NCBI GenBank assembly: GCA_964372275.1
Contig: CAYJRR010000025.1
Coordinates: forward strand, 1 to 40,035
Source of the DNA: an uncultured bacterium
GTDB lineage: Bacteria > CAYJRR01
Length of the DNA stretch: 40,035 bases
Direction: 5' to 3'
In this document: positions 18,953-27,498 of the stretch, piece after piece
How the letters are laid out: each line of letters begins with the position of its first letter
Position numbering within the stretch: position 1 is the first letter of the stretch
The notes under the pieces: model-generated
The model's database searches: none
The model's input: only the letters and a program-made list of their open reading frames with translations
What the model was told of the DNA's origin: nothing
Program-made: the position numbers and the translations under genes

Positions 18953-19564
18953 ATGGCCGAGTCGACGTCGAACGGGCGTTCGCCCGAACCCTCCGAGACG
19001 ACCCGCGGCGGCGATCTCCGGCCGGCCGCCGGCCCCGCTGGCGGCGACTCCGCGCCGCCAGTCCCTCCGTCCACCCGTCCGGCAGAGGCCGCTCCGGGGA
19101 CGACCGCCGCGGCGGCCCCGACCGGTCCCGAGGCCCAGATTCGGGAGCTGCAGAGCCTCGTCGTCCACCTGAAGGCCGACTTCGACAACTACCGCAAGCG
19201 GATGCAGAAGGAGCTCCAGGCGTCGATCCGGACCGGCGAGCTGGACGCGGTTCGCAAGTTCCTGCCGGTATTCGCGAATCTGGAACGCGCCCGCGCCGCT
19301 TCGACCGGCAGCCCCGACGCCGCGTCGCTCTCCGCCGGGATCGAGCAGATCGTCGAGCAGATCCGCTCGGTTCTGCAGGCGATCCAGGTGGAGCGGATTC
19401 CGACGGTCGGAACCCCCTTCGACCCGACCTTTCACGAAGCGGTCGCCGCCTCCCCCAGCGCCGGCGTCCCGGCGGGAACGGTGCTGGACGAGTTCGAGCC
19501 CGGCTTCCAGGCCGATGGACGGGCCGTCATCCCGGCGAAAGTCCGCGTGTCCACGACGGATTGA
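18953..19564 (+). CDS. grpE: Nucleotide exchange factor GrpE
   Basis: ADFDNYRKR, FLPVFANLERA, G-PFDPTFHEAV, PGF...RAVIPAKVRVS. Confidence 0.92.
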   Translation: MAESTSNGRSPEPSETTRGGDLRPAAGPAGGDSAPPVPPSTRPAEAAPGTTAAAAPTGPEAQIRELQSLVVHLKADFDNYRKRMQKELQASIRTGELDAVRKFLPVFANLERARAASTGSPDAASLSAGIEQIVEQIRSVLQAIQVERIPTVGTPFDPTFHEAVAASPSAGVPAGTVLDEFEPGFQADGRAVIPAKVRVSTTD

Positions 19565-19672
19565 TGGCGCCTTTGGGGACTCCCCCGACCCCCCGGGTCC
19601 CAAATAAGATCCCGGTCTCGACCGTCTTCACGGGTTGAACGAGCATCCTCGAGCACGGAGGCATCGACCACG

Positions 19673-21994
19673 ATGCGCAGGACGAACGGATCGGCGTGGC
19701 TGGGGCTCCTTCTCACGGCGTCCGTCGCCGAGGGGACGGCGCGGGCGGAGCATGGGGGCGGGGGCGAGGCGGAGCCGGCCCCCGCGCGGGTCTCGGCGAT
19801 CGCGGGGGCCGGGGAGTACTCCGGAGGAGCCCGAACGGGCGGACAGGGGACGCTGTTCGGCCGCGGACCGTACGACGCCGAAGATTCGGAGCTGGCGCCG
19901 AACGCCGTGCTGCGCGCCGGCGACGAGCTGTTCACCGCCGAAGGGTCGATGGCCGAGTTGGAGCTCCCGGGCGAGACGTTCGTCCGACTCGGCCCCTCGA
20001 CGACCGTCGTCCTGCAGGCGGTCGACGGAAACGGGCTGGAGATTTCGCTGGCGAGCGGCTCGGTCTACGTGTCGCGCGGACCGAACGCCCTGCCGGCCCG
20101 CGTGCAGTCGTTCGCGGGGGTGGTCGAACTGGGCGGCCGGTCGATGGCGCGGGTCACCGCGGCCGCCGACAAGGGCCAGCTCGTCCTCTCGGTTGCCGGC
20201 GGCGGGGCCGAGCTTCGCACCGACCGCACGGCCCTCTCCGTCCGCGAGGGCCAGCGGCTGGTGTGGACGCGCGACCGGACCTGGCAGGATCCGTTCCAGG
20301 CGAGCCGCGGCGACGAATTCGATCGTTGGAATGCCGAGCGCGAGCGGATCGTCCGCGGCACCCGGCGGCCGGAGTACGTCGCGGAGAACGTCGTCGGCTC
20401 GTACGAGCTGGAGGGGAACGGAACGTGGATCCGGATCGACGGTCACTGGGCCTGGCGCCGCACGGTGGTCGCCGTCGGATGGCGCCCCTACTTCCACGGC
20501 CATTGGGCCTGGTGCGAGCCCTGGGGATGGACCTGGGTCTCGACCGAGTCGTGGGGCTACACCACCTATCACTACGGTCGCTGGTACTACCGATCGCACC
20601 ACGGGTGGGTCTGGTACCCCGATTCGGTATGGGGGGCGGCGTGGGTGGTGTGGGCCGCCTTCGGTCCGAACGTCGGCTGGGCCCCCTGCGACTTCTGGGG
20701 ACGCCCGATCTACGTCTACAGCTACTACTCGTACTACGACTACGGCGCGTGGTGCTACAGCGACGCCCACTACTTCTACGGCGGCGGCGGCTACTCCGGA
20801 CGGCGGCGCTCGCGCGAGGTCACCACGACCACCTCCCGCGAGTCGGCCGGAAGCGGACGCGGCGGACGCGCCTTCTCGGCGGATCACGACGGCGCACCGG
20901 AGATCCACGCCTTCACCGCCGAGACGATCCGCCAGCACAGTCCGGTCGCCGTGCGCGATCCGCGGCGCGAGCTGACCCCCGAACACATCGCCGCCGCCGC
21001 CGGGCGCGGAGCGATCCGCGGCGTCTCCGCCGAGCAGCGCTCCGGCACCTTGCTGGCCCGCGCGGTGAAGGAGGGCAGCGTGCGCCCCGAGCCGTGGCAC
21101 GACCGATCACGCGCGCGGGGCATCGACCGTGGAGCGGGTTCCCGCGGCGCCACCGACCGCGCCGTCGGCCCGGGCCGTCGCGACGACGACGAGGCGGTGC
21201 GCGGTCGCGCGACCGGCTTCGACCGGGATCGCGCCGGCGACGGATGGCGTCCACGCGGCACGACCCTGCGCGATCGGAGCGTCGAACCGGATGCGCAGTC
21301 CGAGCCCGACCGCCCGTGGAACCCGGACACGACCGGTTCGCGCAACCGCTCCGACGATCCCCCCGCCCCAGGGCCCCGCGGCGAGCCCCGGAGCGAGCCG
21401 CGCAGCTCGCCGTCGCGCGGTCCGTCCTACACGCCGCGGACCGAGCCCCGCCGCGCCCCGTCCACGCCGGCACCGGCCCCGGCACCGGCCAAGCCGTCGA
21501 AGTCGCCGCCGCGGTCGGGCAAGCCCAAGGCGTCGTTCTCGCCGCCGGCCTCGCACACCGGCGCGGCCTCGGCGCCGGTGGCCGTCCACCGCGCGCACGG
21601 TCGCGACANNNNNNNNNNGCGGAAGGAGCCGGTCTACGCGCCGCGAAGCGAGCCGCGCAGCTCGCCGTCGCGCGCCCCGTCCTACACGCCGAGGTCCGAG
21701 CCGCGGCGCGCCCCATCCACCCCGGCACCGACCCCGGCCAAGCCGTCGAAGTCGCCGTCGCGGTCGGGCAAGCCCAAGGCATCGTTCTCGCCGCCGTCCT
21801 CGCACACCGGTGCGGCCTCGGCGCCGGCCGCCGTCCGCCGCGCGCACGGCCGCGCCGAGTACGGCGCCGCCGTCGGACGCTCGTCAACCGGTCGCCTGTC
21901 TTCCGCGATCCGCACCGGCACCGAACGCGCGGCGTCGCATGCGCCGAGGGCGACGTCATCGACGAAGCCCGCCGCCCGCGCTCGCCGGAGATAG
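19673..21994 (+). CDS. Secreted FecR-like + DUF6600-like (Trp/Tyr/Gly-rich) protein with Pro/Ser/Arg-rich tail; contains a 10-N gap
   Basis: Signal peptide; NAVLRAGDELFT...AELEL...FVRLG (FecR-like); L-GNGTW, GWRPYFHGHWAW, WGWTWVS-ESWG-TTYHYGRW, VGWAP. Confidence 0.8.
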   Translation: MRRTNGSAWLGLLLTASVAEGTARAEHGGGGEAEPAPARVSAIAGAGEYSGGARTGGQGTLFGRGPYDAEDSELAPNAVLRAGDELFTAEGSMAELELPGETFVRLGPSTTVVLQAVDGNGLEISLASGSVYVSRGPNALPARVQSFAGVVELGGRSMARVTAAADKGQLVLSVAGGGAELRTDRTALSVREGQRLVWTRDRTWQDPFQASRGDEFDRWNAERERIVRGTRRPEYVAENVVGSYELEGNGTWIRIDGHWAWRRTVVAVGWRPYFHGHWAWCEPWGWTWVSTESWGYTTYHYGRWYYRSHHGWVWYPDSVWGAAWVVWAAFGPNVGWAPCDFWGRPIYVYSYYSYYDYGAWCYSDAHYFYGGGGYSGRRRSREVTTTTSRESAGSGRGGRAFSADHDGAPEIHAFTAETIRQHSPVAVRDPRRELTPEHIAAAAGRGAIRGVSAEQRSGTLLARAVKEGSVRPEPWHDRSRARGIDRGAGSRGATDRAVGPGRRDDDEAVRGRATGFDRDRAGDGWRPRGTTLRDRSVEPDAQSEPDRPWNPDTTGSRNRSDDPPAPGPRGEPRSEPRSSPSRGPSYTPRTEPRRAPSTPAPAPAPAKPSKSPPRSGKPKASFSPPASHTGAASAPVAVHRAHGRDXXXXRKEPVYAPRSEPRSSPSRAPSYTPRSEPRRAPSTPAPTPAKPSKSPSRSGKPKASFSPPSSHTGAASAPAAVRRAHGRAEYGAAVGRSSTGRLSSAIRTGTERAASHAPRATSSTKPAARARRR
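21392..21855 (+). repeat. Imperfect ~210-bp direct duplication flanking the 10-N gap
   Basis: SEPRSSPSR...RAHGR is encoded twice (about 21392-21605 and 21647-21853) with scattered substitutions and a 6-bp indel. Confidence 0.9.
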
Positions 21995-22022
21995 TGTCCT
22001 CGGCGAACGCGGACATTGAGCC

Positions 22023-22280
22023 ATGAACCCTCGATTTCGCTTCACGGTTGGCAGCGAGCCTGAGTACGAGGACCTCGTCGGCGACCTCTACTTCGACGAT
22101 CTCATCGTATGCGTCCTCACGCAGGAAGCCGGCTTCGAGGCAATGCAAGTTGAGATTCATGGGCCACCGGAAGGTGGCACATGGACCTTCCCTCTCGCTG
22201 ATTTTGAGGCTGCCCTCGGGGCGCTCAAGCGGCGGATGTGGGAACTTCGGCGCACGGAATCTGGTGGACCTGCTGCCTGA
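22023..22280 (+). CDS. Small acidic hypothetical protein (85 aa), atypical codon usage
   Basis: ATG start; protein-like composition; many A/T-ending codons (cct, ttt, gtt, caa, gat) unlike its neighbours. Confidence 0.65.
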   Translation: MNPRFRFTVGSEPEYEDLVGDLYFDDLIVCVLTQEAGFEAMQVEIHGPPEGGTWTFPLADFEAALGALKRRMWELRRTESGGPAA

Positions 22281-22324
22281 ACCACCGGCCGCCGGTGGCT
22301 CGCCTGAATCCTAATCACCCTGCG

Positions 22325-22448
22325 GCGGCTTCAATCCCTGGCGTAAGGGGGCGTGGGCGAACAGCCTCGCCCGGCCACCTGTGTGAGCCCGTTCCCCGGG
22401 GTGTCTACGGTTTCCCCCACGCCCCCGTCTTCCAGGTATTGAAACCGC
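22325..22448. repeat. ~125-bp imperfect inverted-repeat element between convergent genes
   Basis: GCGGCTTCAAT.CCTGG.....GGGGGCGTGGG ... CCCACGCCCCC.....CCAGG.ATTGAAACCGC. Confidence 0.8.
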
Positions 22449-22450
22449 GG

Positions 22451-24886
22451 CTAGTGTGGCGGGCCGCCCAGCGTCTCGTGGGTGGTGAGGAGGTTGACCT
22501 CTTCGAACGCGCTCGAGGGCCACTCGAGCGTGCCGACCACCCAGGCGGAGTCGGTACCGATGAGCGGCGTCGGGGTGGTGAGCTCGGCGAGGAGATCACC
22601 GTTGAGCTCGACCTTGACCGTGGCCGTCGTCGCGCCGGCGCCGTGGTTGTTGAAGGTGTGGACGACGATCGAGTAGATCCCGGTGTCCTGCGGCGACGCC
22701 AGCGAGATCACTTCCGGGCCGAATCCGGTGTCGATGTCGGCCTCCAGGAGCGGATTGTCGGCGCGGATCCCTTCCGCCCCCCACTCCGGATCGGGAACGC
22801 CGTAGTAGCAGTCGTCGGTCGTCCAGTAGCCGTAGATGTTGTTGCGGATCAGGTGCAGGTCGAGGTCCGACATGTCGGTGTCCCAGTTCAGGGTCACCCG
22901 CAGGTCGCGGAAGGGGAGCACCACGATGTCGGTGAGGTTGTCGTCGTCGCGGCCGCCGTACCCGATCTCGCCGCTGTCGGTCTCGTCGGTGTCGGTCACG
23001 ACCAGCCCGATGCGGTAGAGCCCGGCCTGGTCGGCGATGAAGCTGGGGGACTCCGCGGAGGGATCGTCGAGCTGCGCGTTCGACCCCTCCGGCCGGGTCA
23101 CGATCTCCCAGGCGTAGGTGATCGTCTCGCCGTCCTCGAAGTCGTAGCTGCCGGAGCCATCGAGCTGGATCGGACTGCCGGCGAACGCCTCGGCGCTGGG
23201 GCCGGCGTTGGCGACCGGCGCCGAGTTCACCGGCGCGAGGAGCGTGTCGTTGCAGCCGCCAAGCAGCAGGAGCGACGACACCGCCCCCGCCGTCCGGAGT
23301 CCGCCGGCCGTCACCGCCCGCACGGCGGGCGCGGCCGCCTCGCGGCGACGCGACCACCAGGCGGCCAGCGCCAGCGCCGAGACGGCGATCGTCGCGGCCG
23401 CCAGCGGCGCGCGCTCCTCGGCGGTGCCGGTCAGCCGGCAGCTGCAGCTGCTGCTTCCGAATCCGCCGTCGTCGGCGCGGCCGAGATAGAGGTAGCCGCC
23501 GTCGAGCGCGGAGGTGGCGCTGTCGGTGTTGGTGGCGCGAACCTCGACCGATCCCGAACCGCGCGGCGTGGTGACGACGATCTCGTCCCCGTTGATGAAC
23601 TGCTGCGCCGGCACCGCGACGCCGTCGAACGAGATGACCGTTCCCAGGTCGAAGCCGCTCCCGCGCACCGTCACCTGCACGCCGCCGATCGCCGGCCCTT
23701 CCGGCGGGTCGACCGACAGCACCTGCAGCGGCGCGTCCTCGGGATGGACGTAGTAGGTGTAGGCGCCGGCGCGCACACCGGTCGAGGCCGTGCCGCTCGG
23801 GGAGGCCGTCACCGCCACGTCGACCGGGCCGACCGAGTGCGGCGGGGTCACCGCGACGATCGTCTCTTCGTCGATCACCTGGAACAGCGCCGGCACGGTG
23901 CCGAACGACACCGCCTGCACGTTGATGTAGCCGTCGCCGTGGATCTGCACCTGCGTGCCGCCCGCGACCGGGCCGCTCTTCGGAGAGAGGTAGTCGATCT
24001 GCACCTGGCCCGCTGTCGTCGGACCTTCGACGTACTCTTCCGAGAGCTGGAAGTTGTCGACCAACACCGCCGAGTCGTAGATCCCGTCGCCGCGGTCACG
24101 GATGCTGAAGGTCAGCGTCACCGTCTCGCCGGGGACGACCGGCGCCTGGGTCACGAGCAGCCCGGTCGCCCCGGCGTCGCACGAGCCGCCGGAATAGATG
24201 TCGAAGCCGGTGTTCTCCAGCGAATTGCACGGCTGGTTGAAGAACGCGGAGTCGATGTTGATCGGGTTTCCGTTGATGTCGAAGACGATGTTCGCGTAGT
24301 TGTAGGACGGGCTCTGCACCTGGACCGAGAACTCGTCGTTGAACCCGAGGTTCACGAACTCGGGGTACTCGACCGACATGAAGTTGAAGTCGAACTGGAT
24401 CGAATGCATGTCGGCCGGGACGACGAAGCTGAACTTCAGGAAGACGCAGTCGTAACCGATCCCGGAGGAGCAGCTGCCGCCCATGTTCGTCCCCGACTCG
24501 GTTCCCCACGCCGACGGGTCGAGCGATTGCGGCGTCCCGGCGCCGACGACGCCCGTGCTCAGGAAGGCGAAGTTCGAACCCTGCGTCGGGATGAGCGAGC
24601 CCAGCCCCGGGAGCGCGGCGAACTGGTTCTGATGCCCGGTGATCGACGGCGAGGAGACGGTCGCCGGATCGATCCCCATCGCGGTAAGGATGTCCTCCAC
24701 GCTCGTCGCGGCCTGGCCGAGCATGCCGAGGTCGTCCTTTTCGGCGTGGTGCGCGAACTGCCGCTGCCACTGCCGCAGCCGCACGCGCGCGTCGGCCGAC
24801 AACTCGGCGTTCGCGGCCCATGCCGACAGCGGCAACACCCCCAGAACCAGAACGACCCGCCGGACCCACCCGCCACGCGTTCTCAT
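22451..24886 (-). CDS. Surface protein: choice-of-anchor-L-like domain, 2 IPT/TIG, MYXO-CTERM-like signal, internal lipobox, PKD-like and YfaP/DUF2135-like domain
   Basis: RBS GAGGGGAG then ATG at 24886; LSTG, FMSVEYPEFV...FNDEF, I-DRGDGIYDSAV; SPKSGPVAGGT / PPEGPAIGGV; PVANAG...LDGSGSYD; LRVTLNWDTDMSDLDLHL...GFGPE. Confidence 0.85.
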   Translation of the reverse strand: MRTRGGWVRRVVLVLGVLPLSAWAANAELSADARVRLRQWQRQFAHHAEKDDLGMLGQAATSVEDILTAMGIDPATVSSPSITGHQNQFAALPGLGSLIPTQGSNFAFLSTGVVGAGTPQSLDPSAWGTESGTNMGGSCSSGIGYDCVFLKFSFVVPADMHSIQFDFNFMSVEYPEFVNLGFNDEFSVQVQSPSYNYANIVFDINGNPINIDSAFFNQPCNSLENTGFDIYSGGSCDAGATGLLVTQAPVVPGETVTLTFSIRDRGDGIYDSAVLVDNFQLSEEYVEGPTTAGQVQIDYLSPKSGPVAGGTQVQIHGDGYINVQAVSFGTVPALFQVIDEETIVAVTPPHSVGPVDVAVTASPSGTASTGVRAGAYTYYVHPEDAPLQVLSVDPPEGPAIGGVQVTVRGSGFDLGTVISFDGVAVPAQQFINGDEIVVTTPRGSGSVEVRATNTDSATSALDGGYLYLGRADDGGFGSSSCSCRLTGTAEERAPLAAATIAVSALALAAWWSRRREAAAPAVRAVTAGGLRTAGAVSSLLLLGGCNDTLLAPVNSAPVANAGPSAEAFAGSPIQLDGSGSYDFEDGETITYAWEIVTRPEGSNAQLDDPSAESPSFIADQAGLYRIGLVVTDTDETDSGEIGYGGRDDDNLTDIVVLPFRDLRVTLNWDTDMSDLDLHLIRNNIYGYWTTDDCYYGVPDPEWGAEGIRADNPLLEADIDTGFGPEVISLASPQDTGIYSIVVHTFNNHGAGATTATVKVELNGDLLAELTTPTPLIGTDSAWVVGTLEWPSSAFEEVNLLTTHETLGGPPH

Positions 24887-25215
24887 TCGCATCTCCCCTC
24901 GAGCCACCGGACTCGGGCACCGCCTTCTACGTCAAGGGAACCCACCGGAGCAAGAGGCAGGCCAAGCGACCCCGCGGTCGCACCCGCTTTCGAGACCCGA
25001 CAGGTGAGTCCCGAGTTCTTTCCGAACCCGTTGGAACAAAAAGAGAAAGTGAGTCCGATCGGGCCGCCCGAAGAGACCCCTTTTCCGTCGCTGAACGCGC
25101 ACTCAAGGGGCGCTCCGGGTGTGACAGGAACCACACCCTCCCGTTTGCGCCACCGTGTCGCGATTCGCCGAAAAATGGTTGTACCGGTCGATCGTTCCAG
25201 CCGCTGCCCAATCGA

Positions 25216-27495
25216 CTACTTTTTCGACGAAAGCCGGTAGATCGAGACGCGTTCGTTCCGGTAGACGGCCTCCAACGCCTCGAACTTGGCGAGCCGGAAC
25301 TCCGGATACTTTTCGGTATCTTGCTCCAGTTCGCCGACGACGACGTAGTCGGCGTCGTAGCGACGGGCCGCGGCCCGCGCCGTCTCGAGGTCGGGGGCCG
25401 TGTAAATCTGGTCGATCGCATGACCACGCTGGGTGGCGGGCGCCCAATCGTTCCGCCACCCCGATTCGTGGTTTTTCCATCCGACCAGACCGATGCGACC
25501 GGTGAAGGTGGCGAAGCGAGATTCCCATTTGTACGCGTGGTCGGCCGCCTCGACGATCCGGCTGTCGGGCGGAAGGTGCGCGTCGACCCACGCCACCGCG
25601 GCGGCGTCGTACGGATGGCGTTTCTCGAACAGCGACAGCGGATCGAGCGTCGGTTCGTTTCCGGATCGCGTCCTCGTGAAGCCCGACGAGCGGCTGGCGT
25701 CGGCGAGAAGGGCGAACAGGAGGGACGGAAGGAGGACCGCCGCCAGCGCCGCGGCGAATCCGATCCGCGCCCGCCGTCGATCGGCGAGCGCCGTCCATGA
25801 CGCCGCCAGGAGACCGGCCCCGCCGACGGCCAGCAGGATCCACGCCTGGACGTAGGCCTTGAAGATGGTGTTCATCCGCTCCTTCTCGCCGTCGTAGAAG
25901 TCGTCGACGTAGGCGAACTCGCAGACCAGCACCACGCCGAACGCCGCCGCGACGAGGAGGCGCGCGATCCCGGGCCCCGTCCGGAGCGCGCCGGCCGGAA
26001 GGTCGGCGAGGAGCGTCCAGAGCAGCGCGATCAGCAGCACGAACGACAGGCCGCGCAGCAGGAGATGTTCGAGGGAGAGCGCCGCCGCGAGGCGAACGCC
26101 GCCGTCTCCGCCGGCGACGTGCAGCAGACCTTCGACCGGCGCCGTTCCCCACCGCTCGTAGGCGACCAGTCCGACGATCGCCAAGGCGAGCGGCAGGAGC
26201 CGCCCGCGCCGTTCCGCGCCCGACCGCGCCGCCGTCCAGGCCCAGATCGCGACGACCAGCACCCACGGACCGAAGTGGACCAGCATCGCCGCCGCATCGC
26301 TGCGGAGTGTCGCGATCCCGACCCCGCGGCCGACCTGTTTTCCGAAACCGATGTGGAACGGAAGGTAGAGCAGCACCGAGAGGAGGACGAGCGCCGCCGC
26401 CCATCCAGCCGCCGGCCGGAGCGCGGCGAACGCGCCCCGAGCGGTCCGAATCGGTGGAACGAGCGGCATCGCCATCGCCGCGACGGCGAGCGCGAGGAAG
26501 GTCGGGTAGTCCCAGGAGTTCGTCGGGTAGAGGGACCCCAGCGCGAGCGAAAGGACCGCGAGCGCGAGCAGGCGGTCCCGGCGCGGGCGCGCCGACGAGA
26601 ACGGCGACTCCCCCTCGCGCGCCATCGCCACCACCAGCGCCACCGCGGCCGCGACCAGCGGAAAGGCGATGACGTACGGGTGGAGGTCCCCCCAGAAGGC
26701 GGCGAAGGCCGGCGTCTCGTTGATCGTCCCGGGAATCACCCTCGCGGCCGCGAACCAGTCGAGCGAGCCGAAGGCCCATCGCCCTTCGTCGAACCGTCGC
26801 ACGAGGAGCTGCCGCGCGAACTCGTAGTTCCCGACGAAGGCCCCGCCGAGCGCCGCGAACATCGCGAACGCTCGGCGGCCGGTCAGGACCAGTCCGGCTC
26901 CGAACAGCGCCATGGCGAACGAGGCGTAGACGACGGGGATCCCGAGGTTGAAGAAGTCGCGCAACGGAAGGCCGGCGATGCGCCGCACCACGTCCATCAG
27001 GTGGTAGCCGTAGTAGTAGTACTGCAGCGTCATCCCCGCCATCCACGAGTCGTCCGGCGGGAAGTGCGTCGACAGCGAGAGGCGCTTGAGGATGGCGTAG
27101 TCCATGAACCGCTCGGCGAGCGGATGGACGTCGCCGTTGAATCGCGCCGCCCACACCAGGAGCGCGAAGACCAGGACCCCCAGGAGCTCGGCGAGGAGCC
27201 AGGTGCGCCCGCGCGCGCGCGCCAAGTCCCGCCACGCGACGCGGTCGGCCCAGGCGACGGCCCCGCCCGCGGCGGCGAGCGCGAAAAGCGATGCGACCAC
27301 CAGCCACGTCCCGTAGGGGACGGGCGAGATCGAGGCGACGATCCACGCCGGCCAGGCGACGAGGATCCATCCGACGGGCCGGGCGATCGTCCATCCGCCG
27401 TCGCCGAGGGACGGGAACGCGCGACGGAGGAGCGGCGCGGCGAAGACGGCCGGCAGCGCCGCCGCGAGGTAGACGCGCGCGGCGTCGGCGATCAC
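25216..27495 (-). CDS. DUF2298 / YYY-motif polytopic membrane protein (GT-C glycosyltransferase-like)
   Basis: ERFMD, FPPDDSWMAG-LQYYYYG, INETP, GDLHP, NSWDYPT, RMNTIFK, GWKNHE-GWR; many TM helices. Confidence 0.88.
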   Translation of the reverse strand: MIADAARVYLAAALPAVFAAPLLRRAFPSLGDGGWTIARPVGWILVAWPAWIVASISPVPYGTWLVVASLFALAAAGGAVAWADRVAWRDLARARGRTWLLAELLGVLVFALLVWAARFNGDVHPLAERFMDYAILKRLSLSTHFPPDDSWMAGMTLQYYYYGYHLMDVVRRIAGLPLRDFFNLGIPVVYASFAMALFGAGLVLTGRRAFAMFAALGGAFVGNYEFARQLLVRRFDEGRWAFGSLDWFAAARVIPGTINETPAFAAFWGDLHPYVIAFPLVAAAVALVVAMAREGESPFSSARPRRDRLLALAVLSLALGSLYPTNSWDYPTFLALAVAAMAMPLVPPIRTARGAFAALRPAAGWAAALVLLSVLLYLPFHIGFGKQVGRGVGIATLRSDAAAMLVHFGPWVLVVAIWAWTAARSGAERRGRLLPLALAIVGLVAYERWGTAPVEGLLHVAGGDGGVRLAAALSLEHLLLRGLSFVLLIALLWTLLADLPAGALRTGPGIARLLVAAAFGVVLVCEFAYVDDFYDGEKERMNTIFKAYVQAWILLAVGGAGLLAASWTALADRRRARIGFAAALAAVLLPSLLFALLADASRSSGFTRTRSGNEPTLDPLSLFEKRHPYDAAAVAWVDAHLPPDSRIVEAADHAYKWESRFATFTGRIGLVGWKNHESGWRNDWAPATQRGHAIDQIYTAPDLETARAAARRYDADYVVVGELEQDTEKYPEFRLAKFEALEAVYRNERVSIYRLSSKK

Positions 27496-27498
27496 CGT

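Noticed and set aside
22325-22448. CRISPR array or integron attC site
   Set aside because: Only two units, inverted rather than direct, and no cas genes in the window; ends are AAT/ATT rather than the RYYYAAC/GTTRRRY attC core and no integrase is seen
22281-22450. 6S RNA or SRP RNA
   Set aside because: Hairpin is shorter than a typical 6S RNA with no large central bubble, and lacks the SRP CAGG...GGAA...AGCAG motif; an Rfam scan would be needed to exclude fully
25100-25172. c-di-GMP-I (GEMM) riboswitch on the minus strand (GGCGAATCG...GGTGGCGCAAAC)
   Set aside because: No GNRA tetraloop in the first stem and no tetraloop-receptor motif in the following stem
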